A stretch of 64,000 nt of DNA from Candidatus Dojkabacteria bacterium (GCA_040006935.1 JBDTVZ010000001.1:423772-487771), one strand, 5' to 3'. Shown: positions 47,369 to 56,419, counted from the stretch's first letter. Numbers and translations are program-made. Notes: generated from the sequence alone by a model not told the origin.

Positions 47369-48889
47369 TTACAACAAATTAGCAATCAATTCTGAATTAT
47401 CTATTTCTACAATTTCACTATTCTCTATTCTCTTTCCTACTTCCTGAGTATTAGCATTTGGCATTTGCGATTCATTTATTTCTGCCTCATCCAAAACAAA
47501 CTTTACTTCCTGCAACTCATTTGAAACCTCTTTAGAATTAACCAGAATGAATTTAACATGATCTGGTTTATTTAGAAAAGCAATATTAAATTTTGAACTA
47601 TTAATTATTTTAACCTTAAATCCATCAATTACTATTTCAGAACTATTCAACAAGGCTTTAAATCTAGCAGAAACGCTACCTGCTCTACTTACCAGATAAT
47701 TTTTAATATCAGAAATAGTTGCTGATGACTGGTTGCTGATTACGGGTTGCAAGTTACCTTCCCGCCCTCCTTCCTCGGGAACAGGTGTGTTGGTTGCTGG
47801 TTTTGAAATTGGTAGATCAACTTCATTTCTTTCATTTTTACCATTTTGTCCTCGCTGATTATCTCCTGCTTCGCATATTCTTATCAAAGCAATCTCAAAT
47901 ACTGTTTTTTTATTTGGGAATTCTTTCATTTCTCGCTTGGAAATTATTAACTGACTTGTTAATTGCATCAGTTTTAAAAGTTCAGATTTATTCGAAGCAT
48001 TTTTTAAGAGCTCTTCTCTAAGCTTATCCAGTAATTGATCTATCAGAAAATTTAAATCACCACCATTCTGAATTATAGTTTCTGCCATTTCTAAACTCTT
48101 AGCTAAATCTTTATCTAAAAGATAGTTCATTAAACTAGCTATATCTTCATCTGAGATTAATCCAAGAATCTTATACACACTCTCCATCGTTACACTATTG
48201 TTCTGATTCATTACTAATACTTTTCCAAGTAAACTCTCGGCATCTCTATAACTCCCACCGGACTTCCGATAGATTACCTCAAGAACATCGTCTCCAATTT
48301 CTACCCCCTCACTTGTACAAATGAGTTTGAGTTTGGATTTTACTTCGTCTAAAGTCCCTAGGCCAAAGTCGTATCGCTGAACACGAGATAGGATTGTAAT
48401 AGGTAACTTATGCGGTTCCGTAGTAGCAAACATAAATACTATATGCTCAGGTGGTTCTTCTAATGTTTTTAAAAGTGCATTAAAAGCTTCTTTTGTAAGC
48501 ATGTGTGCTTCGTCGATAATATAGACTTTTTTCTTAAGCATACTTGGAACAAAGTCTACAGTTGATTTTAGATCTCTAATTTCATCAACACCTCTATTAG
48601 AAGCTGCATCCATTTCCACAACATCAGTAGTTTGCATAGAAGCAATCGCGACACAATTTACACACTCATTACAAACATCATTGTTTTTAGAGAAATTAGT
48701 ACAGTTTATTGCCTTGGCATAAATTCTAGCAATAGAAGTTTTTCCCGTTCCTCGAGCTCCAGTGAATAAATATGAGTGAGATATACGATCCTGCAAAACA
48801 GACTGCTTTAAAGTCTCTACAATTTCTTTTTGGCCAATAATTTCGCCAAAAGTCCTTGCTCTGTATTTTCGGTAAAGTACCTCTGCCAT
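47369..48889 (-). CDS. dnaX: DNA polymerase III subunit gamma/tau
   Basis: 506 aa; Walker A GARGTGKTS, zinc module CTNFSKNNDVCNECVNC, SRVQRY sensor motif. Confidence 0.9.
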   Translation of the reverse strand: MAEVLYRKYRARTFGEIIGQKEIVETLKQSVLQDRISHSYLFTGARGTGKTSIARIYAKAINCTNFSKNNDVCNECVNCVAIASMQTTDVVEMDAASNRGVDEIRDLKSTVDFVPSMLKKKVYIIDEAHMLTKEAFNALLKTLEEPPEHIVFMFATTEPHKLPITILSRVQRYDFGLGTLDEVKSKLKLICTSEGVEIGDDVLEVIYRKSGGSYRDAESLLGKVLVMNQNNSVTMESVYKILGLISDEDIASLMNYLLDKDLAKSLEMAETIIQNGGDLNFLIDQLLDKLREELLKNASNKSELLKLMQLTSQLIISKREMKEFPNKKTVFEIALIRICEAGDNQRGQNGKNERNEVDLPISKPATNTPVPEEGGREGNLQPVISNQSSATISDIKNYLVSRAGSVSARFKALLNSSEIVIDGFKVKIINSSKFNIAFLNKPDHVKFILVNSKEVSNELQEVKFVLDEAEINESQMPNANTQEVGKRIENSEIVEIDNSELIANLL

Positions 48890-48998
48890 GGAAAGTTTTT
48901 AGTTTAAGTTATTAGTTTAAAAATTATACCTTAAATTTTAGTTTTTTAAGAAAAAGAATAATTTATTTGCCTTAATTAGGCTTAAAGTTAGCCTTAGG

Positions 48999-49450
48999 AA
49001 AAGGCCGTGTTACGTCCTAATTCTTATGTCATTTCTAGCAAGTATTCCCCTCTTTTTAACCTGCCCGCCAAATAAAAACTTTCAGATAGTTTACTTAGGC
49101 AGGCGGGGATGGGTTAGAGGAGTTATGAATATCAAAAAGGACCGCACAAAATCTTTGATTTAGTTTTGGTGCGGTAGAAATCCTCCGTCCAGCTAAAACT
49201 GGCCACCTCCTTTAAAAAGGAGGAATTCTCCCTTTACCTGACAATAGACAGGTTAAAAGGAGAGGTATTCATTCGTAGGGGACGCATTTATGCGTCCCTC
49301 GTTAAGTGCCACGCCAAAGAGTAATCCAACTTCATGCGGTATTAAACAGTCACGCTCAAAAGATGAGGTGGTACTGTCATGAATAGCATAATATCTTTGT
49401 ATTACGTAGATGAGATTGCTTCTCCGCCAAGGCGGATCGCAATGACATTT
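48999..49450. repeat. GC-rich composite repeat cluster (ggccgtgttacgtcc module; cctgcccgcc..ggcaggcggg hairpin; accgcac..gtgcggt hairpin; cctccgtccagctaaaactggccacctcctttaaaaaggagga module; cattcgtagggga + hairpin; tgagattgc..cgcaatgacat end)
   Basis: Modules match those at 8063..8372, 41247..41585 and 54372..54616; the spurious GC-rich ORF 49253..49453 lies inside. Confidence 0.55.
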
Positions 49451-49463
49451 CAACTCCCAACGA

Positions 49464-49487
49464 TAAAAAAAGACCCGAAAGGGTCTT
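49464..49487 (-). terminator. rho-independent terminator (minus strand) after rpsU and the small ORF
   Basis: agacccgaaagggtct hairpin with an A-run on plus, read as a T-run on minus. Confidence 0.7.
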
Positions 49488-49505
49488 TTAAATTCTTATT
49501 TTAAA

Positions 49506-49697
49506 TTATTCATTTACAATCAAGTTTCCTTCCATATCAAGCTTTTCTCCAGTTGGGTATAATATTCCATTTGCATCTGGAAACATGACTTTTATAAGTG
49601 GGAGCAATTCTGTTATTTGATACATCGCAGGGTTATTACTAGCATACATATAGTAGTTAATTCCAACAACAAACCCATCTGGATTAATTGATAACAT
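49506..49697 (-). CDS. small hypothetical protein, possibly co-transcribed with rpsU
   Basis: 63 aa ORF between rpsU and a terminator; no support beyond ORF and position. Confidence 0.25.
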   Translation of the reverse strand: MLSINPDGFVVGINYYMYASNNPAMYQITELLPLIKVMFPDANGILYPTGEKLDMEGNLIVNE

Positions 49698-49786
49698 TTT
49701 CCCATTATCTGCCTTTAATTTACATAACCTATAAGAAGTTTTGGCTCTGAGGTATCCATATAAAAAAATTTAAAATTAATTTGCAA

Positions 49787-49993
49787 TTATTTATTTCGAT
49801 TCCTTCTTGCTGCAGACCTTCGTCTTCTTTTCATCTTAGCAAATACTTTCTTTTGAGCATGTACTTTAGCAGTTTTAGGAACAAAAAATCTTCTTTCCTC
49901 TCTCTTCTCTAAAACACCTTCTCGTGTAGCTTCTCTCCAAAGCAATCTTAGAGCTAAATCTATTGACATATCATCGTGTACAACTACTGACAT
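49787..49993 (-). CDS. rpsU: 30S ribosomal protein S21
   Basis: 68 aa; LRLLWREATREGVL...KRRRRSAARRNRNK typical of bS21. Confidence 0.85.
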   Translation of the reverse strand: MSVVVHDDMSIDLALRLLWREATREGVLEKREERRFFVPKTAKVHAQKKVFAKMKRRRRSAARRNRNK

Positions 49994-50150
49994 ATTAAAT
50001 TTAATTATAAATTAAGGATTATGAATTAAAAGAAATTTACTTCTAATTCAGGCTGAGTGATTTTAATTGATTTCCTACGATTTTACAAGTATTTATATCT
50101 TTTTTGATATTCCTCTCTTAATTATTAATTGATAATTCTTAATTTTAGAA

Positions 50151-51332
50151 TTATCTACCTACAATGCTTTTAAAGAAATTTCCTATATTATTTAACCATC
50201 CTAATTGAATTACGTCCTTCAAATTTACTAATATTGCTAAGCCTATTAGAAATAAGAATCCGAAAGTGTTGATTTTACTTAAAATTGAATCCGGGACCTT
50301 TCTTCTTGTTAAACTTTCTAATAAAACAACAAACGCTTGCCCTCCATCCAACGCTGGGAATGGAAGGATATTGAATATTGCTAGAGAAATACTTATCAAT
50401 GCTGCCAATGGAATTAGGAATGTAAATTCTCTCACCTCTACAACTTGCCCTACGTTGTTTGCAAGCGTTGGTAAACCACCTACACTTTGAGCAACCTCAG
50501 AATAATTTCCACTTTGAAATGCATTTCCAAATAGACTTCCTAAAGATTTAAATAAGAAAAAGCTAGTATCTGTAGTTAAAGAGGCTGCAGCTGTGATGTT
50601 GTTATTATAGTTCAAAAGGTAAACTGGGTAAGGTAATGTTCTATCAAAGTTTAGCCCTACATCTAAAATTGCACCTTTATCGTTTGCTTTCCCTACTCTA
50701 ATATCTCTTGTTGTAGTTTTATAAGTATCCATGTTTATGAATTCAAACTGCACTGTTTTTTCTTGAGAGTCTTTTAGAATTTGTTGAAAATTTGAATAAG
50801 AAACTACTCTAGTTCCATCAATTCCTATTATCACTTCTCCTTCGTTTAACTGCCCTGCGGAAGGTCCGTCCGGGTTAACACTTACAACTGTAATTGGGAA
50901 CGCTTTCACAGCTTCTTGAGTATTGCTAAAGTTATAATCTGTTACTGCTGGGAGAGAAAATCTATAGCCATTTCCTGGTAAAAATAAGGCAAATAGTAAT
51001 GTTGCAAATATTAAATTCATAGCAACACCCGCAACTAATATTAAAATTTTCTGATAAGCTGGTTTATTTCGAAAAGCATTTGGGCCTTCTTTTGACGACA
51101 CTTCGCCCTCTAGTTCTACAAATCCGCCTAGTGGAACTAATCTTATTGCATAAATAGTATTCTTCCATTTCTTCGACCAGATAGTCTTTCCAAAGCCAAT
51201 TGCGAATTCACGAACGTACACTCCGAAGAACTTTGCAGTTAGGAAGTGACCTAGTTCATGCACAAATACGAGTAATGAAATTATAAAGAAAAATGCTATT
51301 ATTGTTACTATCCAGTTCACTACATCAGTCAT
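50151..51332 (-). CDS. rseP: RIP metalloprotease RseP (site-2 protease, M50) with PDZ domain
   Basis: 393 aa; HELGHFLTAKFFGV (HExxH), central PDZ, LDGG motif in C-terminal TM. Confidence 0.85.
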   Translation of the reverse strand: MTDVVNWIVTIIAFFFIISLLVFVHELGHFLTAKFFGVYVREFAIGFGKTIWSKKWKNTIYAIRLVPLGGFVELEGEVSSKEGPNAFRNKPAYQKILILVAGVAMNLIFATLLFALFLPGNGYRFSLPAVTDYNFSNTQEAVKAFPITVVSVNPDGPSAGQLNEGEVIIGIDGTRVVSYSNFQQILKDSQEKTVQFEFINMDTYKTTTRDIRVGKANDKGAILDVGLNFDRTLPYPVYLLNYNNNITAAASLTTDTSFFLFKSLGSLFGNAFQSGNYSEVAQSVGGLPTLANNVGQVVEVREFTFLIPLAALISISLAIFNILPFPALDGGQAFVVLLESLTRRKVPDSILSKINTFGFLFLIGLAILVNLKDVIQLGWLNNIGNFFKSIVGR

Positions 51333-51362
51333 TTTAAGTTATATAAATGTTATTAAAATAGA

Positions 51363-51914
51363 TTACTTCGCATTTGGATTTATATCTTTACCTTTGGCTT
51401 CTGCTAAGGATTCTAGCTGTTCTACGTTCTTATCTAGTAACTCCTGAATTCTTTTTTCACTTACTCTCTGTTCATCCTCAGACACGCCTTCTAGTGCATC
51501 TAGCTTTTGTTTGTAGTTTTGCCTAATTCCTCTAGATCTAATTCTAAAGTCTTCAAGCATTTTATTTAACTGTTTTGCAGTCTCAGCTCTATCTTCTTGG
51601 GTTAAAGGCATGAAGTTAACGATTACCATCTCAGATTGCTCTGACACTGAGCCTCCAATATTAGCATTTCTTATGGCATTTCCTATTTGCGAAATATCCG
51701 TTTTATTAAAGGGCTTAATATTTGCTTGTATTGGTGTTGGGAACGAGATAGTGGCTGCATAAGACAGTGGACTCATAGTGCCATATTGATCAATTTGAAT
51801 AGTATCAAACACTTCCATCCCCGCCTTTCCAGTTCTAAGTTCTTTAAGCTTTTGTGTAAAACTCTCTATTACTTGATCCAACTCCTTTGTATAAGCGCTT
51901 TCATTGAAAAGCAT
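51363..51914 (-). CDS. frr: ribosome recycling factor
   Basis: 183 aa; characteristic RRF sequence and position upstream of tsf/rpsB. Confidence 0.9.
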   Translation of the reverse strand: MLFNESAYTKELDQVIESFTQKLKELRTGKAGMEVFDTIQIDQYGTMSPLSYAATISFPTPIQANIKPFNKTDISQIGNAIRNANIGGSVSEQSEMVIVNFMPLTQEDRAETAKQLNKMLEDFRIRSRGIRQNYKQKLDALEGVSEDEQRVSEKRIQELLDKNVEQLESLAEAKGKDINPNAK

Positions 51915-52138
51915 AATTTATGGTTAATAAATAATCTAGTAATGATAATATAATAAGCCAAGTAACTCAATTGGAAAATTCTAAACTCTAAGCACTAAGT
52001 TCTAAACAATTTCCAAACTCAAAATTCAAATATTTTAAATTTTGTTATTTGGAAATTAGAATTTGTTTAGAATTTAGAAATTAGGATTTAGGATTTTGTT
52101 AACTTGTTCAAAGTGACAGAAAATCGTAGAATATATTT

Positions 52139-52357
52139 ATGAAAAAATTTATAAAAGAAAATTGGATTTTAATACTATCATTGATTTACATCATTTCTCC
52201 AATTGATTTTATTCCCGAAGCTCTACTGGGTCCAATTGGAATTATTGATGACCTCTTCTTAATCCTAGTTTTACTGGCTTTCCAAGCTTACAAAATCATT
52301 TCCGATACGTATTCAAAAAGAAAGTCTAAATACAAAGAAGTTATTGAGATGGAATAA
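52139..52357 (+). CDS. DUF1232 (YkvA-like) small membrane protein
   Basis: 72 aa; ISPIDFIPEALLGPIGIIDDL motif. Confidence 0.6.
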   Translation: MKKFIKENWILILSLIYIISPIDFIPEALLGPIGIIDDLFLILVLLAFQAYKIISDTYSKRKSKYKEVIEME

Positions 52358-52413
52358 AATTAACCTGGTTTCAAAACGGGATTGCTTCACTTCGCTCGCA
52401 ATGACACCGCAGC

Positions 52414-52446
52414 AAAAAAAAAAGAGCGGAGATTTCTCTCCGCTCT
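52414..52446 (-). terminator. rho-independent terminator of tsf (minus strand); may also serve the plus-strand gene
   Basis: gagcggagatttctctccgctc hairpin with an A10 run on plus, read as a T-run on minus; preceded by a partial MITE end gggattgcttcacttcgctcgcaatgaca. Confidence 0.7.
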
Positions 52447-52465
52447 TCTAATATTTACCAAGAAA

Positions 52466-53104
52466 TTATTCTTCAATCACTTCTTCTTCCTCAGCATCTA
52501 AGTTAGCATCTAGATTACTCTCGCTTACTTGGAACTTATGAAATTGAGTAATTTGAACTTTTTCGCCAGTTTTAGCAATTAATTCATTTAAGTAATCTTC
52601 TACTGTTTTTGATTCATCAGTAAATAAAGATTGTTTTAAAAGAACATTTTCTTTATAGAATTTCTCTAATTTACCATTAACAATAGTTTCTCGAATTTTT
52701 TCTGGTTTCCCATCAAGTCCTTGCTCTGCAGCATTAAATTCTGCTGTCAAAATATCTTTATTTATAGATTTTACAGTAATGAATTTAGGGCTAGTTGCAG
52801 CAATGTGTAATGCAATATCGTTAGCAAATTTTGTAAAGTCTTCGCTTTTTGCAGCAAAGTCTGTCTCACATGCTACTTCTACAGTAACAACAACTTTTTT
52901 ATTTGGATGAATATATGTTCCAATAATTCCATTGCTTGCTACTTTTCCCTTTCTCTTCTCTGCTTTTGCCATTCCTTTTTCTCTTAAGTACTTTACAGCC
53001 TTATCCATATCTCCTTCAGATGATTCTAAAGCTTCTCTAACTGCATTTACTCCCACTCCAGTTCTTTCTCTTAATTCTTTTATTTGGTCTAATGTTATCT
53101 TCAT
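52466..53104 (-). CDS. tsf: elongation factor Ts
   Basis: 212 aa; N-terminal UBA-like motif LRERTGVGVNAVREAL. Confidence 0.9.
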   Translation of the reverse strand: MKITLDQIKELRERTGVGVNAVREALESSEGDMDKAVKYLREKGMAKAEKRKGKVASNGIIGTYIHPNKKVVVTVEVACETDFAAKSEDFTKFANDIALHIAATSPKFITVKSINKDILTAEFNAAEQGLDGKPEKIRETIVNGKLEKFYKENVLLKQSLFTDESKTVEDYLNELIAKTGEKVQITQFHKFQVSESNLDANLDAEEEEVIEE

Positions 53105-53138
53105 GATTTTTAAGTAAAAAATAGTGTGATATTTGTGC

Positions 53139-54185
53139 CTATTTTGTCTTTTCTGTTGACTTTTTTGCTGTTTCTTTTTTTACAGCTTTCTTCGCTGGCT
53201 TAACCTCTTTTTTCTTTTCTTCTTTAACTTCAATCTTTTTAGCAACAGGTGCTTTTACTTTCTTAGGTGTTTTTTTCTCTTCTTCTTGTTCTTTAACTCT
53301 TTCTAAAATACCTTTGTTTGTTTTTGTAGAGGGTTTAGCTGTTGTGTGTTTAGATTGTGTCGAAACATGTTGCTCTACCATTACTGTTGGCTCTTCTTCT
53401 GAACCAGAGATAATCACTTTTTGCTCTTCTTCAACTTCGTTTGCTTTAGTAATTTTAACTTCAACTTTAGAGTAATCTTTAAGTTCATGCTTTACTCCAT
53501 TTCCTTTATTTCCAACTAAAATAGCATCCGCTAAAGTTTTTAAAATCAATGAGATTGATCTCATTGCATCGTCGTTTGCTGGAATTACATAATCAATTAA
53601 ATCTGGATCACAATTTGTATCTACAATCCCGATTACTGGAACTCCGATTTTTTTAGCTTCTTTTACAGCTGATTTTTCAAAGTTAGTATCTAAAATTACC
53701 ATTGCTACAGGTTTTGCTTCTAAAGTTTTCATACCAGCATAAAGTCTGTTTAACTTTTGCCATTCCTTCTTCATTAAAGCTACTTCGTATTTAGTTCTGT
53801 CTTTAACTCCTTCTTCAAATGATTTTTCTAATGACCTTAATTTATTTAAGCTCAATTTAATTTTTGAGAAGTTAGTAAAAAGTCCTCCTGCCCATCTTTT
53901 ATTGATGAAGTATGAACCTGATCTTACTGCTTCGTCTCTAACTAAATCTGATGCTTGTTTTTTTGTTCCAACGAATAATACTCCACCTTTAGCAGCGGAT
54001 TCTGTTAGAAACTTTGTAGCATCTTCCAAACCTTTAATGGTTTTGTCTGCATCGATGATATGAATGTGATTCTTTTCTCCGAAGATGTATTTGCCCATTT
54101 TTGGGTTCCATCTCTTTGTTTGGTGTCCAAATTGTACACCTGCTTGTAGCAAATCCTTTGCTGAAGGTATGTTAACGTCTGCCAT
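53139..54185 (-). CDS. rpsB: 30S ribosomal protein S2 with long Lys-rich C-terminal extension
   Basis: LLQAGVQFGHQTKRWNPKM N-terminus; ~100-aa K/E-rich tail. Confidence 0.9.
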   Translation of the reverse strand: MADVNIPSAKDLLQAGVQFGHQTKRWNPKMGKYIFGEKNHIHIIDADKTIKGLEDATKFLTESAAKGGVLFVGTKKQASDLVRDEAVRSGSYFINKRWAGGLFTNFSKIKLSLNKLRSLEKSFEEGVKDRTKYEVALMKKEWQKLNRLYAGMKTLEAKPVAMVILDTNFEKSAVKEAKKIGVPVIGIVDTNCDPDLIDYVIPANDDAMRSISLILKTLADAILVGNKGNGVKHELKDYSKVEVKITKANEVEEEQKVIISGSEEEPTVMVEQHVSTQSKHTTAKPSTKTNKGILERVKEQEEEKKTPKKVKAPVAKKIEVKEEKKKEVKPAKKAVKKETAKKSTEKTK

Positions 54186-54293
54186 ATTCCTTTATAAATA
54201 ATAAATAATTTATTTCTGACCTAAGCCAGAAAATCTCTTCCGCAAGTGAGGTTTTTTAAACCAAGGAAAATACCTGCGTGTTGGTATGATTGG

Positions 54294-54323
54294 ATTATAT
54301 CAGATGAGTCAATGGTCGAGCAA
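54294..54323 (-). promoter_or_regulatory. candidate rpsB promoter (TTGCTC-18-TATAAT on minus strand) with ~105-nt leader
   Basis: Reverse complement of 54294..54323 reads ttgctcgaccattgactcatctgaTATAAT. Confidence 0.35.
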
Positions 54324-54371
54324 TAGAATTAAAATAATGAAGAAATGAAGTGAATCTCAGTATATTAAATC

Positions 54372-54616
54372 TGGGATTCGTAGGGAACAGGCATGCCTGT
54401 TCCTTTTATTCAAATAATCAAGGCGTGAGTTTGGCGTAATTTCAGCAACTAAACCAGGCCGTATTACGTCCTATTCCGTTAGGTGTCATTGCGAGGACGA
54501 TCCGCCTTTGGCGGAGAGGACGTGGCAATCTCACACGAATGAATATGATGTAAATAAATTCTTTTGAATGAGATTGCCACGTCGTCCTGATTCTCAGGAC
54601 TCCTCGCAATGACATC
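54372..54616. repeat. GC-rich composite MITE-like element, left inverted copy (gggattcgtaggg + hairpin; gagtttggcgtaatttcagcaactaaaccaggccgtattacgtcc; TIR sub-element gtcattgcgagga...tcctcgcaatgacatc)
   Basis: Reverse-complement match to 56109..56377; the internal ~130-bp sub-element (54487..54616) has 13-bp terminal and 15-bp sub-terminal inverted repeats. Confidence 0.65.
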
Positions 54617-54685
54617 GCAGTTGCGGACCGTGAGATTCACAAAACATTATGATATTATGAAAAGTTTATCCAAATTATTCTATTT

Positions 54686-55045
54686 ATGGAGGAGAACCTC
54701 AGACAAAATTCACTAGATTTAGCAAAGCTTCACAGCATTATTGACCACCAAATATCTGCACTGAGAGTAATTACACCCAATTATTCTATTGGCTATCCAG
54801 TAAATTTTGCAAAATATAGAGAGGTTTGGAATTACGACATTGGCAGAAGTATGTTTTTAGAAGATATAAGAAGAACGATAGAGATTCTTAGAGAAAATTA
54901 CACTGATATTTCGAGCGAAAAAGTTGATGAATTACTAAACCAAGCCTGCATTTTAGTTCAAAAGATATTTGACCAAGAATGCAAATCAGTTCTAGAAGAG
55001 TTAGTTACTACAATAACAAAATTGAAAAACGAAGGTGAAGGTTGA
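54686..55045 (+). CDS. hypothetical protein (cassette gene)
   Basis: 119 aa ORF with ATG start, followed by a strong terminator. Confidence 0.5.
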   Translation: MEENLRQNSLDLAKLHSIIDHQISALRVITPNYSIGYPVNFAKYREVWNYDIGRSMFLEDIRRTIEILRENYTDISSEKVDELLNQACILVQKIFDQECKSVLEELVTTITKLKNEGEG

Positions 55046-55061
55046 GATTTCTAAGGTACTT

Positions 55062-55089
55062 CCCCTCGCCTTTGAGGACGAGGGGTTTT
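55062..55089 (+). terminator. rho-independent terminator
   Basis: cccctcgcctttgaggacgagggg hairpin + tttt. Confidence 0.8.
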
Positions 55090-55352
55090 GACACTATTTC
55101 TTTATGGTAGGAGCGCTTGAAGTCTTCAATACACTACCACCCGGCATCACTATAGGCTGAGTCGCCATATAGTTTTCTCCTTAAATAAAATCGGTCAAAT
55201 GGTGATTTATTCACCAATATAATTATACCATAAAATCTGGCGATTATCTATATCTGATAGTAGAAATGCGAATATTTAATCGAAGAAATTAGGCGTAAAA
55301 AAAGAACACTTTCGTGCTCTTTGGGTTAAGATTTGATTCTATAAATGCTAAA

Positions 55353-55380
55353 CGCCAAGGGGTTGCCTTGGCGTTTTTTC
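55353..55380. terminator. terminator hairpin, possibly bidirectional (ends the minus-strand small-gene transcript)
   Basis: cgccaagg-ggtt-gccttggcg followed by ttttttc on plus; on minus the hairpin sits just 3' of the small ORF at 55400. Confidence 0.6.
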
Positions 55381-55399
55381 GGCTTTCGCCGAGAGACAG

Positions 55400-55546
55400 T
55401 TACTTGGTATGCTTTTTTGGAAGAGCCACGCTGGGTTGGACCGCAACCTTTGTGATCTTTTCCACAACCTGCCCTACAAGATAATCATGAACGATTTTCT
55501 TCTCCTTCGGTGACAATGCAATCATTGTAGAACGGTGACCACCCAT
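55400..55546 (-). CDS. small basic protein, paralog 1 (48 aa: MGGHRSTMIALSPKEKKIVHDYLVGQVVEKITKVAVQPSVALPKKHTK)
   Basis: ATG preceded by AAAGGAGA SD at correct spacing; leader shares cgacagttaa with paralog 2; shared N-terminal MxG[HR][RH]xT and C-terminal S[VI]A[LM]PKK; not in ORF track (<60 aa). Confidence 0.45.
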   Translation of the reverse strand: MGGHRSTMIALSPKEKKIVHDYLVGQVVEKITKVAVQPSVALPKKHTK

Positions 55547-55697
55547 GGAAATCTCCTTTAATTAACTGTCGTTAAAATTTTCGTGCCCTCAACAGTGTGA
55601 TTTTGATTGTGGGAACGAACTTATTAAGTACAAATTTTTCATCTTATACTCACTAAGTCCGTCCTCACGACGGGTTACGCCGTGAGGTTTGTGACAG

Positions 55698-55832
55698 TTA
55701 CTTACGCTTCTTTGGCATAGCTATACTAGGACGAATCCTAGCAATTGTGATGGAAACTACCTTAGGCTTACGAACATAGGGGTGTAAAAACCCTCTAGTC
55801 CAAGCATCTGAAGTTCCATGTCTCCCAGCCAT
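55698..55832 (-). CDS. small basic protein, paralog 2 (44 aa: MAGRHGTSDAWTRGFLHPYVRKPKVVSITIARIRPSIAMPKKRK)
   Basis: ATG preceded by GAAGGAGTG SD; driven by the consensus promoter at 55916..55944; a hairpin cctcacggcgtaacccgtcgtgagg follows the stop. Confidence 0.45.
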   Translation of the reverse strand: MAGRHGTSDAWTRGFLHPYVRKPKVVSITIARIRPSIAMPKKRK

Positions 55833-55915
55833 AATTCACTCCTTCTTAACTGTCGATTTTAAGCTTCTGTAAATTGTTAGATCGTCCTAAGACTCACATA
55901 ACAATTTACATATAT

Positions 55916-55944
55916 AATATATACCTAAAATGGGAATTTGTCAA
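55916..55944 (-). promoter_or_regulatory. sigma70 consensus promoter on minus strand (TTGACA-17-TATATT)
   Basis: Reverse complement of 55916..55944 is ttgacaaattcccattttaggtaTATATT; lies ~85 nt upstream of small gene 2. Confidence 0.5.
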
Positions 55945-56108
55945 GTCTTACAAACCTTCAATACAGTTACAGGTGTGTATATTTTACAATGTCGCCGAAA
56001 AATATCGTCAGAATACCTAAAGTTAATAGGCTGTAGCACGGCCTGGTTTATCCCCTGTTGGAGCAGGTTTGCAACCTGCTCCTTGTCTTTCGTCCCAACC
56101 AATGCGAT

Positions 56109-56377
56109 GTCATTGCGAGGAAGTCTGTCCTGAGCTTGTTGAAGGATGGCAATCTCATCACCCCGTTTCCCAACGGGATTGCTTCGTCCTCACTTCGTTC
56201 GTCCTCGCAATGACAACTAACGGAATAGGCTGTGGCACCAGTAGGCGCTAATCTACATCTCCTCACTGCGTTCGTCGTGTATCTTTGGGCAGCCTGGTTT
56301 AGTTGCTGAAATTACGCCAAACTCAGGCTTTTGTTTAGAATAAAGGAAAAGATATATCTTTTCCCTACGAATCCCAG
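56109..56377. repeat. GC-rich composite MITE-like element, right inverted copy
   Basis: Reverse complement carries gggattcgtaggg + hairpin, gagtttggcgtaatttcagcaactaaaccaggc, ctattccgttag, then gtcattgcgagga...tcctcgcaatgac (56109..56215). Spurious ORFs 56048..56266(-) and 56069..56251(+) lie inside. Confidence 0.65.
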
Positions 56378-56419
56378 GTTAATCTGAGATTCAATTCATT
56401 CCTTCATTTTTTCATTCTT

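Noticed and set aside
48890-49500. Searched upstream of dnaX, and in other long spacers, for SRP RNA (ffs), tmRNA and RNase P RNA
   Set aside because: By established synteny ffs often precedes dnaX, but I could not find the domain IV GGAAGCAGC-type motif or tmRNA/RNase P signatures. The GC-rich sequence here is accounted for by the repeat modules. A covariance-model scan would be needed for certainty.
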